Source: Phaeosaccion multiseriatum (taxonomy: Eukaryota; Protista; Ochrophyta, other classes). Taken from it: a DNA stretch of 64,000 nt. The stretch lies in assembly GCA_965112735.1 (NCBI GenBank), contig OZ218958.1:2418001-2482000 (forward strand), given 5' to 3'. A model generated the notes under the pieces. The model ran no database searches. It worked only from the letters and a program-made list of their open reading frames with translations, and was not told where the DNA came from. Below are positions 55,643 to 64,000 of this stretch, piece after piece (position 1 is the stretch's first letter; every line of letters starts with the position of its first letter). A program made the translations under genes and the position numbers.

Positions 55643-55759
55643 GTCACCCATCACGAATTCCGTAATATAACAGTCACCCATCACGAATTCCGTAATATAA
55701 CAGTCACCCATCACGAATTCCGTAATATAACAGTCACCCATCACGAATTCCGTAATATA
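55643..55759. repeat. 30-bp tandem repeat x ~4 (CAGTCACCCATCACGAATTCCGTAATATAA)
   Basis: Read directly; near-perfect units. Confidence 0.95.
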
Positions 55760-56046
55760 GTCAGATCGTGGGTGGTTTTCGGAGGAGGAGGGGGGGAGGA
55801 GGACTGGGGTTTATGGTGCTCCACACCACATAATTGGCGTTACGTTAATGAATTATTACGCGTTGTTTATTTAGAGGTGACGTTACTAAATATATTTATA
55901 GACATTACACTCGTTCGCTTCGCTCCAGCCAATCAGCCGATTTGTCGTGGAGGATTGCATGCCGCTAGCGATATCGGATGTCGACATGGTCGATATAAGA
56001 TCGATGCCGATCTAACGAGGTCCCCGCCATGATCCACCGATCGTCT

Positions 56047-56245
56047 CCCAACAAACTAGAACCCAATCGTTGACCATCCCCCAACAAACTAGAACTCAAT
56101 CGTTGACCATCCCCCAACAAACTAGAACTCAATCGTTGACCATCCCCCAACAAACTAGAACTCAATCGTTGACCATCCCCCAACAAACTAGAACTCAATC
56201 ATTGACCATCCCCCAACAAACTAGAACTCAATCGTTGACCATCCC
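56047..56245. repeat. 33-bp tandem repeat x ~6 (CCCCAACAAACTAGAACTCAATCGTTGACCATC)
   Basis: Read directly; near-perfect units with no spacers. Confidence 0.95.
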
Positions 56246-56321
56246 CCCTCCCACTGCAGTGGTGCTACTCCTCCTAGAGAAGGAATGTCGAACAATATGT
56301 CAATATCGACATCGATTCTGA

Positions 56322-56791
56322 TCAATCGTTGAGCATGCACAGCATGGCACAGCCCCTCCTAATCCAGTGATTCTGCTCCTCCAAGGAAGGAATGTCGAGG
56401 GCCACGACAAAATTAGTCGAGTGCCCTGTCGTGGACAATGTGCCCGCCCGCCGACTCGTCTTGTACACCGGGCAATTGTACTTGATCGTCACAGCTGCCG
56501 CTGGCATGTCACCATCTTCTCCCCCTCCCCCTCCTCCTCCTCCTGCCGCTGCTGCTGCTGCTGCTTCTTCCGCTGCCTCTGCTGCCTCTCTCTCTATATC
56601 CACCGTCAGCCCCGGCTTGAGCCAAATGCATGGCACCGCGTCATAGAGCTCGCCAGGCAAGGACTCCGCCATGTGCCCTGCGTCCCGATCGAAGCGCGCC
56701 CCTTCCAGGAACAGTCCGTGGATATACACCCCGTCGGTGGGTTTGATCATGACTTCTTCCTGTGAGAAGCCCATTACTTGGCATCCCACCT

Positions 56792-56850
<59 letters not shown>

Positions 56851-56991
56851 TGGGGTCGGATTGGGGTGGTGGGTGGTGAGTGGGGTTGAGTTTGGGGGGT
56901 GGGGGGGGGGGGTTGACCAGGGGCAAATTCAAATTCACACATGTGCGCTTAAAAACACACACGCTCAAACACGCATACACGCACACGGACG

Positions 56992-57084
<93 letters not shown>

Positions 57085-59662
57085 CTGTCACTCATCCATC
57101 CACCCTGAAACTCACACCCCCACCCACCTACCCACCTACCCACCCAACCACTCATACACGCACACACACGGACGCACACACACACACCCATCCCCTCCCC
57201 TTGACCCTCCTGACCCTCCTGACCCTCCTCACTGACCTTGAGCGTGTCGATAGCGATGCTGTAGTCCCTCGAGTACGTCTGTTTGACGGCAGTCATGAAG
57301 CCCTGAGGGAAGAAGAATCCGCTGATCCAGTACGTAGCCCGCGGACCGTTCTCGAGCCAGTCCTTCATGCCTGTGTGTGTGTGTGTTGTGAGGGTTAGCG
57401 TCCGGTTCGATTGTCAGTTTCAGTTTCGTTTTCAGTTGTCCAGTATTCAGTTTGCAATCTATTGGCAGAGGATGTTGAAGGATCGGATTTCAACTGTCGA
57501 CCACACATCGATCACAGGTTGCCATGGAAGAGCCCTACTCGATGACAGCGATAGAAAGATAGACGGAGAGAGAGAGAAAGAGGCAGACAGAGAGACAGCG
57601 AGAGAGATAGAGAGAGATAGAGAACAGACAGCGAGAGAGAGAGACAGAAAGAGAAGAAAGAGAGGGAGAGACAGAGAGGAAAGAGAGAGAGAGGAAATAG
57701 AGACAGAGGGAGAGACAGAGAGAGAGAGAGAGATCACTCTCACCCCAACCAACCCCGTCATTATCGACCCCCACCCCCATGGTACACTCCCTCCCTCCCT
57801 CCCTCCCTCCCCTCCTACCCCTTTCACCCACTAACTCACATGCGATGCGTGCGAAGAAATCCTCTGTCCAGGAGGAGAGGGGCTTGAGGCAGGGGTAGCC
57901 GGCATTCTCCCACTCCTGCGGGACCCCCTGTAGGAGGAAGCCGTTGAACATTGCCTCCAGGGGGCCCGACATGACCACCACGCCTGAGAGGGAGAGGGAC
58001 GATTCCCAAGGGCGTTGTTAGGGTATTGTTTGGGTGTTGTTAGGGTGCTGTTTGAGTGTCTTTGGGGTGTTGATTGAATGTCGTTTGGGTGTTGTTAGGG
58101 TGTTGATTGGATGTCGTTTGGGTGTTGTTAGGGTGTTGGTTGTAATGAACAGAGCCAATTCAAAGTATGGGAAAGAAGAGTATGTACGTATGGTCACAGA
58201 CAGGGCGGGGAGCACACAGCGTCGGAGTCAGAGGTAGCATGAGAGAAAGGGAGAAGGGGAAGAGGGAGACAGAGAGAGAGCTAAAGACAAAAGGGAGGGC
58301 CGAAAGAGAAACAGACCAAAAGAGAGAGACAAGGGAGAACGACAAGGAGAGAGGGGGAAGAGCTCGAAACAAAGTCGAGTGATCTTCAAAGGAGAAGCCG
58401 ATATCGAAGTGTCCGATTTCTTGTGTGGACAACTAATACCTCACCCTTGATAGCCTTGCGCAGCTCCTTGAGGGAGGCCTTCATTGCGGCGATGAGGAAG
58501 TTGAAACGGTCGAGCTCCTGCCCCAGGAACACCCCCATACTGTTCACCGCGTCGCCAACCTGTGAAAGAGGTGCAGTACGGCAGAGGGTGGGTAGGTGGG
58601 TGGGATGTCAGGACAGAGGGTGTATGGATGGGTGGGGGTCAGGACAGAGGGTAGGTGGATGGGTGGGTGGGTGGGTGTGGGTGGGATGTCAGGACAAAGG
58701 GTGGGTGGGTGGGTGGGTGGGGTGTCAGGACAAAGGGTGGGTGGGTGGATGCGAGTTCTATGGAGGATGTGTCTATCTATGCATGCGTTCAACACACCCC
58801 ACAGGATCACAGAATGAATTCAATCACCAACTCGCGAAGTAGAGTACCTCTCTACTTACTCACCTTCTTGAACGTGTCTGCGTGTGCGATTCGAGCGTCG
58901 AACTCATCAGGCATCCTTTCATTCACAAGTTGGTGATACGGAGGGGGGGAGTGGGGAGTTGTTAGAGAGGGGGAGGGAGGAAAGAGAAGGCGGGGGGGAG
59001 AGGGAAGGAAGGGGAGGGAGGGAGGGAGGGAGGGAGGGAGGGAGGGAGGGAAGGAGGGATGGAGGGAAGGGAAGGAAGGGAGGGAGGGAAGGGAAGGAAG
59101 GAAGAGAGAGGAGGCGGGGGGGAGGGGAGGGGAGGCGAGGGAGGAGGGGAGGGGAGGAGTGTGCTGTACACACGTACGTATGCATTATGTACTATTATGT
59201 ACGCGTACCTGTTTGCAATGGCCGCGGCAATGTCGTCTACAAGAGCGTCACTGCTCCCTGCCTCTCCTCCTCCTCCCCCTCCTCCTCCTCCCCCCCCCAG
59301 TACAATGACGGCGGCAAGAAGAGTGCGCGTCTCCTTCTGTTGGAAGGTCACATCGGCGTTGTCGTGCAGGCCAAAGGTGTCAGGACTGTCCTCCATGGGG
59401 AGGTGACGGACGTACTCCATAGCGTCGAGGAGAGTGCCCTCGGCAGGGGCGTAGTACTGGCCACTCTCGCTGAACCTGTTGGTGATACGGGGGTGTTGGT
59501 GATATGTATAAGGGAATACAGGGGAATGCATGGATGGGCGGGCGGGTGGGTGGGTGGGTGGGTGGGTGGGGGTCACACAGAGGAGAGCAAGAGCAAACAC
59601 CCCGAACGAGAGAAACCCAACCCTAGCACAGAGACATAAGAGGAGACATCATCCACCCACCC

Positions 59663-59698
<36 letters not shown>

Positions 59699-62600
59699 AC
59701 GTACCTGTAGCCATCATTGAGCACCTCAGGATCGAAGTACCGCCGAATGATGCTTCCTATAGTTCGCTTGTCCCACACGTCCGTGACCCTCCCTCCGTAA
59801 GTGATGTCGGCCGTCATGACGTTGAGCGTGTCCCAAGGGACCTCCTCCTGCTCCTCTACGTACATGCGTACCTGTGAGTGAGTGAGTGAGTGAGTGAGTG
59901 AGTGAGTGAGGGTCGAGTGCGTCGTGAGAGAGAGAGAGAGTGGAGTTGGCGATTTGGTTGTTCGAGTCGAGTTCACGAGTTCACGCGTTTGAGTTTGAGT
60001 TTGAGTTTTGAAAATTGAGGTGAGTTGACGGGTTGGTTGTTGGAGTCGAGTTGACGAACTATTGGCTTTCTGTGTTTGAGTCGCGTTGATGAGGAGGCTC
60101 TTTCCTTTGTCTCGATCTTTTTTAGTCCTGCTGAGGTGAAGTTGAGCTTCCTTCACAGCAGCATCCATCATTCATTGACTGTCCTGGCTCGTGTTGCGCA
60201 AAACTAGTGGAACGAGTCTAGGATATGACACAGCATTCCATACATCGAACGGAACTGGAATCTGAAACTGCAGACCTGAAACTGGCAACATCTGGAAACA
60301 TCTGGCAGCAACGGGCAACAACGAGCAACAACGGGCAAACACCTGACCTGCATAATGGCGGCTTTGAGGTCGGAGTTCATCCATTCGTAAGGAATGTTCC
60401 ATCCCACTGCACCGAACTTTCTCCTCTCCAGGATGAGAGCGTTGAAGAAGGCCAAGGCGAACAAAAGCTTCTTGAACGCGCGAGGCCGAGTGCAGCCCTG
60501 TCATGTCCATGAAATCCATGTGTGGGTGTTGGTGATACAGCGGTGTTGGTGACATAGAGGTGAGAAGGGTGAGTGGGTGAGTGGGTGGGTGAGTGGGTGA
60601 GTGGGTGAGTGGGTGAGTGGGTGAGTGAGTAAGTGGGTGGACGAGTGAGTTGGATGGGTGAGTATGTGGGGGTGGGTGTGTGTGTGGGTGAGTGGGTGGG
60701 TGTGTGGGTGAGTGGGTGGGTGTGTGGGTGAGTGGGTGGATGGGCGGGTGGGTGGGATTGAGTTGGGGGTTTGGTGGGTGTGGGCCCCTCTTTCCTGTCA
60801 CTCTCCACTTCAGTTGACTTGCCGTCCTGACACCCCCAAGATCATTGACATAAATCCTTCATTGACTTACCTCGTACTCCTCCTCCTTGAGGTCGTTGAA
60901 GGTGCGCATGAGATTGGCCCGAAGGCCCTTGGGAGGCTCGTTAGTCACCTTGATACCCGTCTAAGGGGGGGATGGCAGTGGATGACAGTGGATGGCAGTG
61001 GATGGCAGAGGATGGCAGAGGATAGGGGAGTGAAGGGGGAGGGGTTGTGAGTATGTATTTCCCAGGCAGGCAGGTAGGTAGGCAGGTACATGAACAGACT
61101 AGGAACTCGACCTTGAAACTCGACCTCGAGATATAGAGACACTTGCCTGCAAGACTGGAACTGGGAACTTTGGCGAAGGGTTCGAAGTGAGCCACAGACG
61201 GAAGTCCGGGTGGGCCCCCCCTCCTCCCTCTCCTCCCCCCTCCCCTCCTTCCTCCCCTCCTTCTCCTCCTCCTTCTCCTCCTTCTCCTCCTCCTTCTTCT
61301 CCTTCTCCTCCTCCCTCTCCTCCTCCCCCCCCGGGCTTCTCCGTCCACGCTTCTACGAGCTGTTCAAGTTTGGGCAGCCATGAAACCGCCAAGTGACAGT
61401 TCTGCAGGCAGATCCAGTCTCCTGCTGCTCGACCGGTCTGTTTGGGATGGCAGTGGATGGAGGGGGAGGGTGAGAAGGGGAGGGAGGGGAGGGAGGCAGA
61501 GAGAGCGAGAGATGATGATGGGGGGGGCGACGAGAGAAGAGAGAAAGGAAGAACATGAGAGAGACGAGAAGAGGAGAGAGGAGGGAGAAGAGAGAAGAGG
61601 TGTAGGGAGAGGGAGGGGACGACGTTTTTTGTTGTTGTTGTTAGGGAGCAGAGTGGCTCGACAAATCACAAATCACAACACAGTTTGCGTTTGTTGACAC
61701 GGACACACACACACACACACATGCACGCACGCACGCACACACGCGCCCCGCCCACGCTCACCCCCCCCCACACCCACACACCCACACATCTGCACATATC
61801 TATCTGCACACACAAACACACATACGCACACAGACACACACAGACCCGCGCGCACACACCATCCACACACACGCCGATGACAAGCGCACACACACCCATT
61901 GACATAACAACACCCATTGACATCATAACGCCCACTGACATAGTAACACCCATTGACATAATAATGTACCTCCATAAGTCTCTCGGCGACGGGCCCCTGC
62001 CCCTGCCCCAGAGATATGATCTTGAGGCCTCCATTGGCAGGCGTCTTTCCGTTCTCTTTGGCGAGGGCGAGCAGGTAGTCATTCACATCGGCACCTGTGA
62101 GTAGAGGGAGAAAGGGAAGAGAGGGGGAGCGGGGGGGGGGGGGGGGATGGGAGGTGTCAGGACAGAGGCCGGGGGGGGAGGGAGGGAAGAAGAAAAAGGA
62201 AAAAATACCCACCACTCAACCCACTAACGCCCCCATCCACTGCCATCCACTGCCATCCACTGCCATCTCCTGCCATCCACTGCCATCTCCTGACATTCAC
62301 TGCCATTCACTGCCATCTCCTGCCATCCCCTGCCATCCCCTGCCATCCCCTGCCATCCCCTGCCATCACATCCTCTGCCATTAACTTCCATCCACCCAAC
62401 CTTCCCACCCATACACCCTCACACCCACACACCGTTCCCACACACACACACACACACCCACACACCCACCCTCACACCCACGCACCCACCCACCCACCCA
62501 CCCACTCCCTCACTCACCCGGCGAGAGGATGAAAATGAGTGGGGTCATGGCTGTACTGTCATCGAAAGCAGCAGATAGGTCGAACGGCGGCGATTCCCCA

Positions 62601-63884
62601 AACACATCGCCGAGCTGTTTCTGCACAAACAGTCGCATGGCAAAGACCGTCTTCTCTTCTCGGAGGGCACGGAGGAGGAGCAGCTTTTGGAACGCGTTGA
62701 GGCGAGTCGCCCACTCGCCTGTAGGGGTTTGGGTGTGGGAGGAGGGGGGCGAGGTGGGAGGAGGCTGAGTTCAAGGTCCTAGAGGCACGGGCGAGGGATG
62801 CTCTATATCGACCCCCTCTATTCTCTATATCGACCCCCTCTACTCTCTATATCGACCCTCTCTAGGCTCTATATCGACCCCCTCTACTCTCTACATCGAC
62901 CCCCTCCACCCTCTTTATCGACCCCCTCTACTCTCTATATCGACCTCCTCGAATACCATACCTGGAGGCTCTTGCTCGTGAGGAGCGGGTTCTTCGCTGA
63001 AGAGACGTTTCCACTCTCTGGCGTGAAGGCCCGAGGAGAGGGAGTCCACAAGGCCGCTGAAGCTCGAGGGGAAGGTAGTTTCGTACATTACCACCTGGAG
63101 CGAGGGCGGGAGGGAGGGAGAAGGAGGAGGAGGAGGAGGAGGAGGAGGAGGAGGAGGAGGGGGAGGAGGGAGGAGGAGGAGGTGTTTGGAGGTGTGTGGG
63201 GAGCATGGAGGTGGATGATGTGAGAGGGGTGAAGGGAGGCTCATACCTACACACACACGCACACGCACACACACTCGCACACACACACGCACACACGTAC
63301 ACACGGACACACGCACACACGCACACACGCACCTGCTCCCATGCCTTGACAGAGAGCCAAGAGAGGCGCTCGGGTTGTTTGCCTCGAGCAGACACGGTTT
63401 CCACGTCGACAGTTGCGCCCACCATGAGGCAGCGCCACTCCGCTTCACTGACTTCTCCCGCCTCTCTGAGGACGTTGGCAGCGATCATGAAGGCGTAGAG
63501 CATCTTGTGCTCCTCGAATAGGCCCCTGTTGGATCACAGGTGGCAGGGGATGGGAGGGGGTGGCACGCACGTGCGCACACACGCACGCGTAGATGATGTA
63601 CAGGGGGGGAGGGATGTAAGTCTCTACCTCACTCACTGCCGACACTCTGTCATTCACTCTCCTGACACTCTGTACTCACTCTCCTGACACTCTCTACTCA
63701 CTCTCCTGACACTCTGTACTCACTGTCCTGACACTCTGTACTCACTCACTCACACACTAAATAGACACACTAAATAACTGTCCTGACACTCTGTACTCAC
63801 CGGCAGATGTTGAGGTACATGTTGAGGGTAATGTCCTCCACGAGGATGCTCAGGCGCTGCTCCAAATTCTCGTTCTTGGTACTC
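56322..63884 (-). CDS. Axonemal dynein heavy chain, 3' part (AAA6 and C-terminal domain); resembles single-headed inner-arm type; 5' end beyond the window
   Basis: 15 phase-consistent exons: 63801-63884, 63333-63525, 62962-63094, 62518-62718, 61970-62094, 61147-61437, 60871-60960, 60348-60497, 59705-59871, 59209-59475, 58864-58915, 58445-58559, 57840-57983, 57237-57370, 56322-56789. Motifs: [112 protein letters not shown]. Confidence 0.95.
62235..62368. repeat. Intronic 10-bp minisatellite (CCACTGCCAT-like)
   Basis: About 13 imperfect units in a dynein intron. Confidence 0.85.
62801..62946. repeat. Intronic ~22-bp minisatellite (CTCTATATCGACCCCCTCTA)
   Basis: About 6-7 imperfect units. Confidence 0.85.
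63640..63800. repeat. Intronic 22-bp minisatellite (CTGACACTCTGTACTCACTCTC) that reiterates the splice-donor region
   Basis: About 5-6 units; on the sense strand most contain GTGAGT(AC), matching the true donor at 63800. Confidence 0.8.
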
Positions 63885-63940
63885 CTGAAAAGGCAGATAG
63901 AGAGGGAGGAGAGAAGGAGAGAGCGCGTGAGAGAGAGGCG

Positions 63941-64000
<60 letters not shown>

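Noticed and set aside
55643-56245. 30-bp and 33-bp repeats as a CRISPR array
   Set aside because: Units are contiguous with no unique spacers, no cas genes are present, and the context is eukaryotic.

Overview
Intron-rich, GC-rich eukaryotic DNA full of microsatellites. An axonemal dynein implies a flagellated organism, probably a protist or alga (inference). About 41 kb (2240-43550) is a tandem array of six intronless, minus-strand genes encoding ~690-700 aa ankyrin-repeat + BTB/POZ-like proteins. Each alternates with a copy of a tRNA pseudouridine synthase (TruA/PUS1 family) gene, arranged as a long-short unit repeated three times. Only the first TruA copy is intact, yet all six ANK-BTB ORFs are open. 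Their divergence concentrates on the ankyrin target-binding face (the positions randomised in DARPins) and appears patchwork-shuffled between copies, consistent with a diversifying repertoire of Cullin3-type substrate receptors. The rest of the window holds the 5' part of a Q/N-rich gene, a CWF19L1/Drn1 homolog with two RRMs, a small C2 protein, an RS-rich protein with a WxHD motif, an SNase/LCL3-like nuclease, and the last 15 exons of an axonemal dynein heavy chain. Gene models were built by hand from splice signals and reading-frame phase.
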